Below are positions 29,795 to 40,998 of a DNA stretch of 64,000 nt, one piece after another; position 1 is the stretch's first letter, and each line of letters starts with the position of its first letter. Position numbers and translations under genes: made by a program. The notes beneath the pieces are model-generated. The model was given only the letters and a program-made list of their open reading frames with translations. It did no database searches and had not been told where the DNA came from. Source of the stretch: Escherichia coli (GTDB lineage Bacteria > Pseudomonadota > Gammaproteobacteria > Enterobacterales > Enterobacteriaceae); assembly GCF_003018255.1 (NCBI RefSeq), contig NZ_CP027440.1; one strand, written 5' to 3'.

Positions 29795-31102
29795 ATGAAA
29801 CGTGTTTCTCAAATGACCGCGCTGGCAATGGCTTTAGGGCTGGCTTGCGCTTCTTCGTGGGCCGCTGAACTGGCGAAGCCTCTTACACTTGACCAGCTTC
29901 AACAACAAAATGGCAAAGCGATAGATACTCGCCCCAGCGCGTTTTATAACGGCTGGCCACAAACCTTAAATGGCCCTTCTGGTCATGAACCTGCCGCCTT
30001 AAACCTCTCTGCTAACTGGCTCGACAAAATGAGCACCGAACAGCTCAACGAGTGGATCAAGCAACATAACCTGAAAGCCGATGCTCCGGTGGCGCTGTAC
30101 GGTAATGACAAAGATGTCGACGCCGTCAAAAAGCGACTGCAAAAAGCAGGTTTTACGCATATCTCCATTCTGAGTGACGCGCTAAGCGAACCTTCCCGTC
30201 TGCAAAAACTGCCGCATTTTGAGCAGCTGGTTTATCCGCAATGGCTGCACGACCTGCAACAAGGTAAAGAGGTTACGGCGAAACCTGCCGGTGACTGGAA
30301 AGTCATTGAAGCGGCCTGGGGCGCTCCTAAGCTTTACCTTATCAGCCATATTCCCGGCGCTGACTACATCGATACCAACGAAGTGGAAAGCGAACCGCTG
30401 TGGAACAAAGTTTCTGATGAACAACTAAAAGCGATGCTGGCAAAACACGGCATTCGCCATGACACCACGGTCATTCTGTACGGGCGTGACGTATACGCTG
30501 CAGCGCGTGTGGCACAAATTATGCTCTACGCTGGCGTGAAAGATGTCCGCCTGCTGGACGGCGGCTGGCAAACCTGGTCCGACGCGGGACTGCCCGTTGA
30601 GCGCGGAACGCCACCGAAAGTGAAAGCGGAACCGGATTTCGGCGTGAAGATCCCGGCACAACCGCAACTGATGCTTGATATTGAACAAGCGCGTGGACTG
30701 CTGCATCGCCAGGATGCATCGCTGGTGAGCATTCGTTCGTGGCCAGAATTTATCGGTACGACCAGCGGTTACAGCTATATTAAACCAAAAGGTGAAATAG
30801 CCGGAGCACGTTGGGGACACGCTGGTAGCGACTCGACGCATATGGAAGATTTCCATAACCCGGATGGCACCATGCGTAGCGCCGATGATATTACCGCTAT
30901 GTGGAAAGCATGGAATATCAAGCCAGATCAGCAAGTTTCATTCTACTGCGGCACCGGCTGGCGCGCGTCAGAAACCTTTATGTACGCACGCGCAATGGGC
31001 TGGAATAACGTCTCCGTTTATGACGGTGGCTGGTACGAATGGAGCAGCGATCCAAAAAATCCGGTAGCAACCGGTGAACGCGGCCCGGACAGCAGTAAAT
31101 AA
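29795..31102 (+). CDS. ynjE: periplasmic multi-domain rhodanese (thiosulfate sulfurtransferase) YnjE
   Basis: ORF 29780-31102; start placed at ATG 29795; signal peptide; rhodanese active-site loop CGTGWR. Confidence 0.85.
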   Translation: MKRVSQMTALAMALGLACASSWAAELAKPLTLDQLQQQNGKAIDTRPSAFYNGWPQTLNGPSGHEPAALNLSANWLDKMSTEQLNEWIKQHNLKADAPVALYGNDKDVDAVKKRLQKAGFTHISILSDALSEPSRLQKLPHFEQLVYPQWLHDLQQGKEVTAKPAGDWKVIEAAWGAPKLYLISHIPGADYIDTNEVESEPLWNKVSDEQLKAMLAKHGIRHDTTVILYGRDVYAAARVAQIMLYAGVKDVRLLDGGWQTWSDAGLPVERGTPPKVKAEPDFGVKIPAQPQLMLDIEQARGLLHRQDASLVSIRSWPEFIGTTSGYSYIKPKGEIAGARWGHAGSDSTHMEDFHNPDGTMRSADDITAMWKAWNIKPDQQVSFYCGTGWRASETFMYARAMGWNNVSVYDGGWYEWSSDPKNPVATGERGPDSSK

Positions 31103-31110
31103 CATTGCAA

Positions 31111-31737
31111 TTACTGACGCTGGAGCGACTTCAGCGTCAGATACCCACTCCACACCCGCGTAAAGGTCGTCATCCAGCACAACGCACCAAATACCCACGC
31201 AAACCACGGAAAACAGGCCGGAAAGAGGCAACTCAGAACAAACAGCAAAATCGTCTCGCTGCCTTCGGTTAAGCCGCCCAGATAATAAAACGATTTATGC
31301 GCATAACCGGGATTATCAATCTGATGTTTCGCCGCCAGCGCAGCAAAAGCGAGAAAACTGCTGCCCGTGCCGATAAACGCAAACAACAGCCAGCCTCCGG
31401 CCAGCGCGTTTTGTTCTGGTGCGGCGAGAATAAAACCAAACGGCACCAGCGCGTAAAAGAGAAAATCGAGAGAAATATCGAGAAAGCCGCCCGCGTCGGT
31501 AAGTCCTCTGCGCCGCGCCAGCGCACCGTCCAGACCATCAAGCAGCCTGTTCAACAAAATGACGATTAGCGCCGCCAGATACCAGCCCAGCGCCAGAAAC
31601 GGCAGTGCCAGCACGCCGATGGCAAATCCCACTAATGTTAAACCATCTGGCGTGATGCCGGGTTTATCCAGCACCTTCACACACTGATGCAACAAAGGTT
31701 TAATTCGGGGATGAAGATGGCGGTCTAGCACAGGCAC
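31111..31737 (-). CDS. ynjF: CDP-alcohol phosphatidyltransferase family membrane protein YnjF
   Basis: 208-aa ORF with D-G-x2-A-R ... D motif region (DGLDGALARRRG). Confidence 0.8.
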   Translation of the reverse strand: MPVLDRHLHPRIKPLLHQCVKVLDKPGITPDGLTLVGFAIGVLALPFLALGWYLAALIVILLNRLLDGLDGALARRRGLTDAGGFLDISLDFLFYALVPFGFILAAPEQNALAGGWLLFAFIGTGSSFLAFAALAAKHQIDNPGYAHKSFYYLGGLTEGSETILLFVLSCLFPACFPWFAWVFGALCWMTTFTRVWSGYLTLKSLQRQ

Positions 31738-31817
31738 TCCTTAAATATAAAGCCTTTCCGATTGAGCAACAGTGCGGATATTATGGCATTTTTCGCTTAT
31801 CTGCCCGTGTGTAATTT

Positions 31818-32225
31818 ATGAAAATGATTGAAGTTGTTGCCGCCATCATTGAACGTGATGGCAAAATTTTACTCGCGCAACGCCCCGCCCAGAGCGATCA
31901 GGCGGGATTATGGGAGTTTGCCGGTGGTAAAGTCGAGCCGGATGAAAGCCAGCGGCAGGCGCTGGTGCGTGAGTTAAACGAAGAACTGGGCATCGAAGCA
32001 ACTGTTGGTGACTATGTTGCCAGCCATCAGCGAGAAGTTTCGGGGCGGATTATCCATCTTCATGCCTGGCACGTACCCGACTTCCACGGGACGTTACAGG
32101 CACATGAACATCAGGCGCTGGTCTGGTGCTCACCTGAAGAGGCGCTGCAATATCCGCTGGCCCCTGCTGACATTCCATTATTAGAGGCGTTTATGGCTTT
32201 ACGCGCCGCCAGACCAGCGGATTAG
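31818..32225 (+). CDS. nudG: Nudix hydrolase NudG (CTP pyrophosphohydrolase)
   Basis: 135-aa ORF with Nudix box GGKVEPDESQRQALVRELNEELGI. Confidence 0.9.
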   Translation: MKMIEVVAAIIERDGKILLAQRPAQSDQAGLWEFAGGKVEPDESQRQALVRELNEELGIEATVGDYVASHQREVSGRIIHLHAWHVPDFHGTLQAHEHQALVWCSPEEALQYPLAPADIPLLEAFMALRAARPAD

Positions 32226-32463
32226 TGCTAAGGTTTTTGTCATCCTGTTGGCATTGCAGCAGTATTCCTTCGGCTTTAATTACCGCCCCTTCAGAATAAT
32301 TTTGATCCTGATAAACGCAGCACTGAGTACAGGGCTGCGCTGACTGCCCGCCTGAACTGAACACTTCTGGCGGTACGTTTACCTCCACGTCCGGACGATA
32401 ATGCGGGTTAGCCAGTGCAATTATTGGAAATGCTAATACTACGGCGAACAATGCTCGACTCAC
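32191..32463 (-). CDS. ynjH: DUF1496 secreted protein YnjH
   Basis: 90-aa ORF with signal peptide; 3' end overlaps nudG by 35 bp. Confidence 0.75.
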   Translation of the reverse strand: MSRALFAVVLAFPIIALANPHYRPDVEVNVPPEVFSSGGQSAQPCTQCCVYQDQNYSEGAVIKAEGILLQCQQDDKNLSTNPLVWRRVKP

Positions 32464-32698
32464 AGGGAACTCCTTAACGTTATTGTCTCTTCTACAGATA
32501 ACGGTAGCCGGGCGGCAAAACTTTAGCGTCTGAGTTATCGCATTTGGTTATGAGATTACTCTCGTTATTAATTTGCTTTCCTGGGTCATTTTTTTCTTGC
32601 TTACCGTCACATTCTTGATGGTATAGTCGAAAACTGCAAAAGCACATGACATAAACAACATAAGCATAATCGTATTAATATATAAGGGTTTTATATCT

Positions 32699-34042
32699 AT
32701 GGATCAGACATATTCTCTGGAGTCATTCCTCAACCATGTCCAAAAGCGCGACCCGAATCAAACCGAGTTCGCGCAAGCCGTTCGTGAAGTAATGACCACA
32801 CTCTGGCCTTTTCTTGAACAAAATCCAAAATATCGTCAGATGTCATTACTGGAGCGTCTGGTTGAACCGGAGCGCGTGATCCAGTTTCGCGTGGTATGGG
32901 TTGATGATCGCAACCAGGTGCAGGTCAACCGCGCATGGCGCGTGCAATTCAGCTCCGCTATCGGTCCGTACAAAGGCGGTATGCGCTTCCACCCTTCAGT
33001 AAACCTTTCCATTCTCAAATTCCTCGGCTTCGAGCAAACCTTTAAAAATGCCCTGACAACCCTGCCGATGGGCGGTGGTAAAGGCGGCAGCGATTTCGAC
33101 CCGAAAGGGAAAAGCGAAGGCGAAGTTATGCGTTTTTGCCAGGCGCTGATGACTGAACTGTATCGCCACCTGGGCGCGGATACTGACGTTCCGGCAGGTG
33201 ATATCGGCGTTGGTGGTCGTGAAGTCGGCTTTATGGCGGGGATGATGAAAAAGCTCTCCAACAATACCGCCTGCGTCTTCACCGGTAAGGGCCTTTCATT
33301 TGGCGGCAGTCTTATTCGCCCGGAAGCTACCGGCTACGGTCTGGTTTATTTCACCGAAGCAATGCTAAAACGCCACGGTATGGGTTTTGAAGGGATGCGA
33401 GTTTCCGTTTCTGGCTCCGGCAACGTCGCCCAGTACGCTATCGAAAAAGCGATGGAATTTGGTGCTCGTGTGATCACTGCGTCAGACTCCAGCGGCACTG
33501 TAGTTGATGAAAGCGGATTCACGAAAGAGAAACTGGCACGTCTTATCGAAATCAAAGCCAGCCGCGATGGTCGAGTGGCTGATTACGCCAAAGAATTTGG
33601 TCTGGTCTATCTCGAAGGCCAACAACCGTGGTCTGTACCGGTTGATATCGCCCTGCCTTGCGCCACCCAGAACGAACTGGATGTTGACGCCGCGCATCAG
33701 CTTATCGCCAATGGCGTTAAAGCCGTCGCCGAAGGGGCAAATATGCCGACCACCATCGAAGCGACTGAACTGTTCCAGCAGGCAGGCGTACTGTTTGCAC
33801 CGGGTAAAGCGGCTAATGCTGGCGGTGTAGCAACATCGGGCCTGGAAATGGCGCAAAACGCTGCGCGCCTGGGCTGGAAAGCCGAGAAAGTTGACGCACG
33901 TTTGCATCACATCATGCTGGATATCCACCATGCCTGTGTTGAGCATGGTGGTGAAGGTGAGCAAACCAACTACGTGCAGGGGGCGAACATTGCCGGTTTT
34001 GTGAAGGTTGCGGATGCGATGTTAAGCCAGGGCGTGATTTAA
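32699..34042 (+). CDS. gdhA: NADP-specific glutamate dehydrogenase
   Basis: 447-aa ORF with GDH family sequence (GPYKGGMRFHP, catalytic Lys region). Confidence 0.95.
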   Translation: MDQTYSLESFLNHVQKRDPNQTEFAQAVREVMTTLWPFLEQNPKYRQMSLLERLVEPERVIQFRVVWVDDRNQVQVNRAWRVQFSSAIGPYKGGMRFHPSVNLSILKFLGFEQTFKNALTTLPMGGGKGGSDFDPKGKSEGEVMRFCQALMTELYRHLGADTDVPAGDIGVGGREVGFMAGMMKKLSNNTACVFTGKGLSFGGSLIRPEATGYGLVYFTEAMLKRHGMGFEGMRVSVSGSGNVAQYAIEKAMEFGARVITASDSSGTVVDESGFTKEKLARLIEIKASRDGRVADYAKEFGLVYLEGQQPWSVPVDIALPCATQNELDVDAAHQLIANGVKAVAEGANMPTTIEATELFQQAGVLFAPGKAANAGGVATSGLEMAQNAARLGWKAEKVDARLHHIMLDIHHACVEHGGEGEQTNYVQGANIAGFVKVADAMLSQGVI

Positions 34043-34050
34043 GACAATTG

Positions 34051-34082
34051 TGCCGGATACAGCGCAAACGCCTTATCCGGCC
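34051..34082. repeat. REP palindrome (gdhA-topB intergenic)
   Basis: TGCCGGATACAGCGCAAACGCCTTATCCGGCC. Confidence 0.7.
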
Positions 34083-34118
34083 ATAAAAATCTTCAGTATC
34101 AGATGGTTGAAAGAACCT

Positions 34119-36074
34119 TTATATTATCACTCCATTGCCCGCCTCTTCTGATGGCGGGCTTTTTTTCGGCGCTCTCTTGCGTGGCGAATCCTTTTTCTTC
34201 CCTTCTCCACCGCCGGGAGCCATTATTCCCCGAAACTGCCTTACCGACGTGCGCTTTGCCTGATCAATCAACTGGTACAATGTCCCCACCAGCGGCTGCA
34301 TAAAGTCCTGATAGCGACACTGCTTTTCGCTGATTTGCGTCAGCACCGATTCCCAGTGCGCGGTCATGTCCGGTCGCGTCGCCATTTCTGGCAGCGAATG
34401 GAATAGCGCTTTTCCGGCGTCGGTGGAGTGGATATAGCGCCCTTTTTTGGTCAGGAAGCCTCGCTTGAACAGCAGTTCAATAATCCCGGCGCGAGTCGCT
34501 TCTGTCCCCAGACCATCGGTCGCACGAAGGATCTTTTTCAGATCTTTGTCCTGCACAAAACGTGCTATCCCGGTCATCGCTGAAAGCAGTGTTGCATCGG
34601 TAAAATGGCGCGGCGGCTGGGTTTGCCGCTCTACCACTTCACCTTTTTCACACAGCAACTCATCGCCTTTCGCCACCACAGGCAGCGGCGTGCCGTCGTT
34701 TTCTTCATCGCGCTCTTTGCTGCCTAACAGTGTGCGCCAGCCTGCTTCAGCAAGAAAACGGGCTTTAGCGACAAATTTGCCTTTGGCAATGTCCAGTTCG
34801 ATAACACACTTGCGGAACACCGCATCCGGGCAGAACTGCATCAAATACTGACGGGCAATCAGGTTATAGACCTTCGCTTCGTTCTCCGTCAGGTTGATCG
34901 CAGAACTCCGTGCGGTCGGGATGATGGCGTGGTGCGCATCGACTTTTTTGTCATCCCAACAGCGGTTGCGTATATCTGGATCGACCACTGGCTGCGGCAA
35001 CAGATCTGGTGCATGAACGCTGATAGCATTCATCACCGCGTGGCGTCCGGCAAAATGTTCTTCTGGCAAATAGCGGCAATCGGAACGCGGATAAGTGATT
35101 AGCTTGTGCGTTTCGTACAGCTTCTGGCAGATATCAAGCACGTTCTGCGCGCTCAGACCAAAACGTTTAGCCGCTTCAATCTGCAACGCCGAAAGCGAAA
35201 AAGGCAGCGGCGCGGATTCTGATTCCCGTTTATCGTTATAGCTGGTGACAATAGCTGGTTGACCACTAATGCGGTTAACCACATGCTCCGCCAGTGGACG
35301 ATGTAATAAGCGCCCTTCTTCATCCTGGTACGGTTCACACGCTTCGCTCGGTTGCCAGATAGCGGTAAACCGCTCATCGGCAGGTGTCACGATATGTGCT
35401 TTGACTTCAAAGAAGTCTTTCGCCACGAAGTTTTCAATCTCTTCGTCGCGGCGCACCACCAGTCCGAGTACGGGCGTCTGCACGCGTCCCACGGAAAGCA
35501 CGCCCTGATAACCGGCATTGCGACCGAGAATGGTATACGCACGGGTCATATTAATGCCGTACAGCCAGTCAGCTCGCGCACGCGCCAGTGCAGAAACGCA
35601 CAGCGGTACAAACTCGCTATTGGAGCGAAGACGATCGATCGCCCGCTCAACCGCCTGCGGGTTCAGGTCGTTTATCAAACAACGCTGTACCTGCTGGCGC
35701 TTTTCCGGTGCCAGTTGCAGGTAGTCCAGCACTTCATCCACCAGCAGTTGCCCTTCGCGATCCGGGTCTCCGGCGTGAACGATTTCGCTGGCTTCATGCA
35801 GGAAGCGTTTGATGACATTAAGTTGTTTAGTCACGGAGGGTCGGGGCTGTAATTGCCACTTTTCCGGGACAATCGGCAAATCCGCAAGATTCCAGCGCGC
35901 ATAGCGGCTGTCGTAGGCGTCTGGCTGCGCCTGCTCAAGCAGGTGACCGATACACCAGGTCACCACCTGACCATTACCGCACTCGATAAAGCCATCGCCT
36001 TTCCGGTGCGGTTTAGGCAGGACATCAGCAATGGCGCGCGCCAGACTCGGTTTTTCGGCAATAAACAACCGCAT
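34119..36074 (-). CDS. topB: DNA topoisomerase III
   Basis: ORF 34119-36131; start placed at ATG 36074 ([16 protein letters not shown]...); Toprim/type IA topoisomerase. Confidence 0.9.
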   Translation of the reverse strand: MRLFIAEKPSLARAIADVLPKPHRKGDGFIECGNGQVVTWCIGHLLEQAQPDAYDSRYARWNLADLPIVPEKWQLQPRPSVTKQLNVIKRFLHEASEIVHAGDPDREGQLLVDEVLDYLQLAPEKRQQVQRCLINDLNPQAVERAIDRLRSNSEFVPLCVSALARARADWLYGINMTRAYTILGRNAGYQGVLSVGRVQTPVLGLVVRRDEEIENFVAKDFFEVKAHIVTPADERFTAIWQPSEACEPYQDEEGRLLHRPLAEHVVNRISGQPAIVTSYNDKRESESAPLPFSLSALQIEAAKRFGLSAQNVLDICQKLYETHKLITYPRSDCRYLPEEHFAGRHAVMNAISVHAPDLLPQPVVDPDIRNRCWDDKKVDAHHAIIPTARSSAINLTENEAKVYNLIARQYLMQFCPDAVFRKCVIELDIAKGKFVAKARFLAEAGWRTLLGSKERDEENDGTPLPVVAKGDELLCEKGEVVERQTQPPRHFTDATLLSAMTGIARFVQDKDLKKILRATDGLGTEATRAGIIELLFKRGFLTKKGRYIHSTDAGKALFHSLPEMATRPDMTAHWESVLTQISEKQCRYQDFMQPLVGTLYQLIDQAKRTSVRQFRGIMAPGGGEGKKKDSPRKRAPKKSPPSEEAGNGVII

Positions 36075-36078
36075 TGAA

Positions 36079-37122
36079 TTAACGGATCTCAACCATGGCA
36101 CGACCGCCGCGCGCTGGCACCAGTTCGCCAATCGCCGTCAGTTCAATGCCAAACTCGGCGGCTGTAGCTTTGACCTCATTTTCTGCTTCCGGCATGACCG
36201 CCAGCAGCAAACCGCCAGAAGTTTGCGGATCGCACAGCAGTTCGCGCACTTCACGCGGCATTTCACCCATCAGATGACCGTAGCTGGCAAAGTTACGTTC
36301 GGTGCCGCCAGGCACTGCGCCCAACTTAATGTACTCTTCAACCCCCGGCAATTTCGGGATCGCGTCATAGTCGACGCGCGCCTGCACACCTGCGCCCTGA
36401 CACATTTCGCTTAAATGCCCCAGTAAACCAAAACCCGTAACGTCGGTCATCGCTTTTACGCCTTCGATGTTGGCAAAGGACGCGCCTGCGATGTTCATCC
36501 GGCACATCACTTCCGTCGCCAGTCCCTGATGTTCTGGTTTCAGCAGTGATTTTTTCTCAGCCGTGGTAAGAACGCCAATCCCCAGAGGTTTCGTCAGGAA
36601 CAGTTTGCATCCGGCTTGTGCGGTACTGTTTTTCTTCACCCGCTCGGTAGGTACGATCCCCGTTACCGCCAGACCAAAAATCGGCTCCGGCGCATCGATG
36701 GAGTGACCGCCAGCCAGCGCAATACCCGCCTGACGGCATGCATGGCGTCCACCTTCGGTCACTTCGCGGGCAATTTCCGGGGAAAGTTTGTTAATCGGCC
36801 AGCCGAGGATCGCAATCGCCATAATCGGTTTGCCGCCCATTGCGAAGATATCGCTGATGGCGTTAGTCGCCGCAATGCGGCCAAAATCGAAAGGATTATC
36901 AACGATCGGCATAAAGAAGTCGGTGGTGCTGATAACGCTGGTGCCATTGCCCAGATCGTACACCGCCGCATCGTCGCGGGTTTCATTACCCACAAGCAAA
37001 TTCGGATCAACAAACTTCGCCTGCTCACTGTGCAGGATGGTTTCCAACACTTTTGGGGAAATTTTACAGCCGCAACCAGCGCCGTGGCTGTATTGGGTCA
37101 AACGAATCGAGTTCTCGCTCAT
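36079..37122 (-). CDS. selD: selenide, water dikinase (selenophosphate synthetase)
   Basis: ORF 36079-37128; start at ATG 37122 ([23 protein letters not shown]); 347 aa. Confidence 0.95.
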   Translation of the reverse strand: MSENSIRLTQYSHGAGCGCKISPKVLETILHSEQAKFVDPNLLVGNETRDDAAVYDLGNGTSVISTTDFFMPIVDNPFDFGRIAATNAISDIFAMGGKPIMAIAILGWPINKLSPEIAREVTEGGRHACRQAGIALAGGHSIDAPEPIFGLAVTGIVPTERVKKNSTAQAGCKLFLTKPLGIGVLTTAEKKSLLKPEHQGLATEVMCRMNIAGASFANIEGVKAMTDVTGFGLLGHLSEMCQGAGVQARVDYDAIPKLPGVEEYIKLGAVPGGTERNFASYGHLMGEMPREVRELLCDPQTSGGLLLAVMPEAENEVKATAAEFGIELTAIGELVPARGGRAMVEIR

Positions 37123-37238
37123 GGACATCTCCTGTCAATGCAATCCGGGTATGGTAACCCTCATTCCGTGAAGTGATAAGTGAGAGTGTCTGAATTCCTG
37201 CGCCTTTGCTCACAATCCAGACAGTTTCGCGACAATTA

Positions 37239-37790
37239 TCAGAAATAAGTCACAAACGGCGTCGGGTCCGGGACGTTTATCGACGTAGATGCTTTCAACT
37301 GCGGCGTACCGAGGTAGAGAAAACCGACAATTTTATCCTGCTCACGGCAACCGAATGCTTCACGCACTACCGGACTTTCAGTTAATGCACCACTGCGCCA
37401 GATGCCGCCAAACCCCTGGGCAACTGCTGCCATTTGCATCGCCATGACCGCGCATCCCGCAGACATTTCCTGTTCCCAGCGCGGGACTTTATGATTTTCT
37501 TCGCATTTCGCCACCACCGTTATGATGAGCGGTGCGCGGAACGGCGCATTACGCGCTTTGTCGATGGCTTTGTTATCACTACCGGCAGCAATCGCCCCCT
37601 GCTCCAGTACGGCGCTGAAACGCTCGCGCCCTTCCCCTTCAATCACAAAGAAATGCCACGGTTGCATGGACTTATGGTCCGGCGCACGCATAGCCGCACG
37701 CAGGATGTTTTGCAGTTGTTCACCCGTTGGCGCAGGTTCAGCCAGGCGGGAGGCGCTACGGCGATTGATCAATAGTTCGAGTGCATCCAT
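37239..37790 (-). CDS. ydjA: NAD(P)H nitroreductase-family protein YdjA
   Basis: ORF 37239-37808; start at ATG 37790 ([14 protein letters not shown]...); 183 aa. Confidence 0.9.
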   Translation of the reverse strand: MDALELLINRRSASRLAEPAPTGEQLQNILRAAMRAPDHKSMQPWHFFVIEGEGRERFSAVLEQGAIAAGSDNKAIDKARNAPFRAPLIITVVAKCEENHKVPRWEQEMSAGCAVMAMQMAAVAQGFGGIWRSGALTESPVVREAFGCREQDKIVGFLYLGTPQLKASTSINVPDPTPFVTYF

Positions 37791-37950
37791 TTGATTAACT
37801 CCTGTCATGATATTTATTCACAAAATTAACACGAGAGTGGATTTTGTTACAGCCCAGTCCGCAATTCCTGCTGACAAGTGCCGGTTGGGTCATTACGATA
37901 ACCACATCTATTGCGCCTGAAACAGGTGTGACCTTAAGTTGGGAGAATAC

Positions 37951-39807
37951 ATGCGAACCCTTTGGCGATTTATTGCCGGATTTTTTAAATGGACGTGGCG
38001 TCTGCTGAATTTCGTCCGTGAAATGGTACTTAACCTGTTCTTTATTTTTCTCGTGCTGGTTGGTGTGGGGATCTGGATGCAGGTCAGTGGTGGTGATTCG
38101 AAAGAAACGGCCAGTCGTGGCGCACTGCTGCTGGACATTTCTGGTGTGATCGTCGATAAACCCGACAGTTCTCAGCGGTTTAGTAAATTAAGCCGCCAGC
38201 TGCTTGGTGCCAGTTCCGATCGTCTGCAGGAAAACTCACTGTTTGATATCGTCAACACCATTCGCCAGGCGAAGGACGACCGCAATATCACCGGTATTGT
38301 GATGGATCTGAAAAACTTCGCAGGCGGCGACCAGCCGTCTATGCAGTACATCGGCAAAGCTCTGAAAGAGTTTCGTGATAGCGGGAAACCGGTTTATGCC
38401 GTTGGCGAGAACTACAGCCAGGGGCAATATTATCTCGCCAGTTTCGCCAATAAAATTTGGCTGTCTCCGCAAGGCGTGGTTGATCTGCACGGCTTTGCCA
38501 CCAACGGTCTGTACTACAAATCATTACTGGATAAGCTGAAAGTTTCCACCCATGTGTTCCGCGTGGGTACGTATAAATCTGCCGTTGAACCGTTTATTCG
38601 TGATGATATGTCGCCGGCAGCCCGCGAAGCTGACAGCCGCTGGATTGGTGAGCTGTGGCAAAACTATCTGAATACTGTTGCCGCTAACCGGCAGATCCCT
38701 GCTCAGCAGGTATTCCCTGGCGCGCAAGGGTTGCTTGAGGGTTTAACCAAAACCGGTGGCGATACCGCGAAATATGCGCTGGAAAACAAGCTGGTCGATG
38801 CACTGGCATCGAGTGCCGAAATCGAAAAAACTCTGACCAAAGAGTTCGGCTGGAGCAAGACTGATAAAAATTATCGCGCCATCAGTTATTACGATTACGC
38901 ATTGAAAACGCCGGCAGATACCGGTGACAGCATCGGAGTCGTCTTCGCTAATGGCGCAATTATGGATGGCGAGGAAACTCAGGGGAATGTTGGCGGTGAT
39001 ACCACTGCGGCACAAATCCGCGACGCTCGCCTTGACCCGAAAGTGAAAGCGATTGTCCTGCGTGTTAATAGCCCAGGCGGCAGCGTTACCGCGTCTGAAG
39101 TGATTCGCGCTGAACTGGCAGCAGCCCGGGCAGCGGGTAAGCCTGTGGTTGTATCGATGGGCGGCATGGCGGCATCTGGTGGTTACTGGATTTCCACACC
39201 AGCTAATTACATTGTGGCTAACCCCAGCACCCTGACCGGTTCTATCGGTATCTTCGGCGTGATCACCACCGTAGAAAATAGTCTGGATTCGATTGGTGTT
39301 CATACTGATGGTGTCTCAACTTCACCGCTGGCGGATGTTTCTATCACCAGAGCACTGCCGCCGGAAGCGCAGCAGATGATGCAGTTAAGCATTGAGAATG
39401 GCTATAAACGCTTTATCACGCTGGTTGCTGATGCGCGTCATTCAACGCCAGAGCAGATTGATAAAATCGCCCAGGGCCATGTCTGGACCGGTCAGGATGC
39501 AAAAGCTAACGGGCTGGTCGATAGTCTCGGGGATTTCGATGATGCGGTCGCCAAAGCAGCAGAGCTGGCAAAAGTGAAACAGTGGCATCTGGAATACTAC
39601 GTTGATGAACCGACCTTCTTCGACAAAGTGATGGACAACATGTCTGGTTCTGTCCGGGCAATGTTGCCAGATGCGTTCCAGGCCATGTTACCTGCACCGC
39701 TGGCCTCGGTAGCCTCTACCGTTAAAAGTGAAAGCGACAAGCTGGCAGCGTTTAACGACCCACAAAACCGTTATGCGTTTTGCCTGACCTGCGCCAACGT
39801 GCGTTAA
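37951..39807 (+). CDS. sppA: signal peptide peptidase A (protease IV)
   Basis: ORF 37939-39807; start at ATG 37951 with RBS gggaga; 618 aa tandem ClpP/crotonase-fold. Confidence 0.95.
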
Positions 39808-39971
39808 GTCTTGTACTGAGTGGCCGACAGATCGTCGGCCACATTTTTTTACCTCGACGAATCCTCTTCCCGCTGTCTCGCCCCATATTTCCTTATCCGC
39901 ATAGTATCAGGTGCGCTCCCCCTTCCTCACGTATATACTTTTGCTCTTTCGATATCATTCATATCAATATC

Positions 39972-40988
39972 ATGCAAAAGAAATCAATTTACGTCGCCTA
40001 CACGGGCGGGACCATCGGGATGCAGCGTTCCGAGCAGGGTTATATTCCGGTGTCAGGTCATCTACAGCGCCAACTGGCGCTGATGCCGGAATTCCATCGC
40101 CCGGAGATGCCAGATTTCACTATTCATGAATATACGCCATTGATGGATTCTTCTGATATGACGCCAGAAGACTGGCAGCATATTGCTGAAGATATTAAAG
40201 CGCACTATGACGACTATGATGGTTTTGTCATTCTGCACGGCACAGACACGATGGCGTATACCGCCTCTGCACTGTCGTTCATGCTCGAGAATCTCGGTAA
40301 ACCGGTCATTGTGACAGGGTCACAAATCCCGCTGGCTGAGTTACGCTCTGACGGACAAATTAATCTGCTGAATGCGTTGTACGTTGCGGCGAATTATCCT
40401 ATCAACGAAGTAACTCTCTTTTTTAATAATCGACTGTATCGTGGCAACAGAACCACCAAAGCCCATGCCGATGGTTTTGATGCGTTTGCCTCTCCAAACC
40501 TTCCTCCGTTACTGGAAGCAGGTATCCATATTCGCCGTTTGAATACGCCACCCGCCCCGCACGGTGAAGGGGAATTGATCGTTCATCCAATCACGCCGCA
40601 ACCAATTGGCGTAGTGACGATTTATCCGGGGATTTCTGCTGACGTCGTGCGCAATTTTCTGCGCCAACCTGTGAAAGCATTGATTCTGCGCTCATATGGC
40701 GTGGGTAATGCGCCACAAAACAAAGCCTTCCTGCAGGAATTACAAGAAGCCAGCGATCGCGGTATTGTGGTGGTCAACCTGACACAATGTATGTCCGGTA
40801 AAGTGAACATGGGTGGTTATGCCACCGGTAACGCCCTCGCCCATGCCGGCGTTATTGGCGGTGCAGATATGACTGTAGAAGCCACGCTAACCAAACTGCA
40901 TTACCTGCTTAGCCAGGAACTTGATACTGAAACCATTCGCAAGGCCATGAGCCAAAACCTGCGTGGCGAACTGACGCCGGATGATTAA
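39972..40988 (+). CDS. ansA: cytoplasmic L-asparaginase I
   Basis: ORF 39780-40988; start at ATG 39972 (MQKKSIYVAYTGGTIGM, asparaginase signature); 338 aa. Confidence 0.95.
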   Translation: MQKKSIYVAYTGGTIGMQRSEQGYIPVSGHLQRQLALMPEFHRPEMPDFTIHEYTPLMDSSDMTPEDWQHIAEDIKAHYDDYDGFVILHGTDTMAYTASALSFMLENLGKPVIVTGSQIPLAELRSDGQINLLNALYVAANYPINEVTLFFNNRLYRGNRTTKAHADGFDAFASPNLPPLLEAGIHIRRLNTPPAPHGEGELIVHPITPQPIGVVTIYPGISADVVRNFLRQPVKALILRSYGVGNAPQNKAFLQELQEASDRGIVVVNLTQCMSGKVNMGGYATGNALAHAGVIGGADMTVEATLTKLHYLLSQELDTETIRKAMSQNLRGELTPDD

Positions 40989-40998
40989 GGAGACTGCA

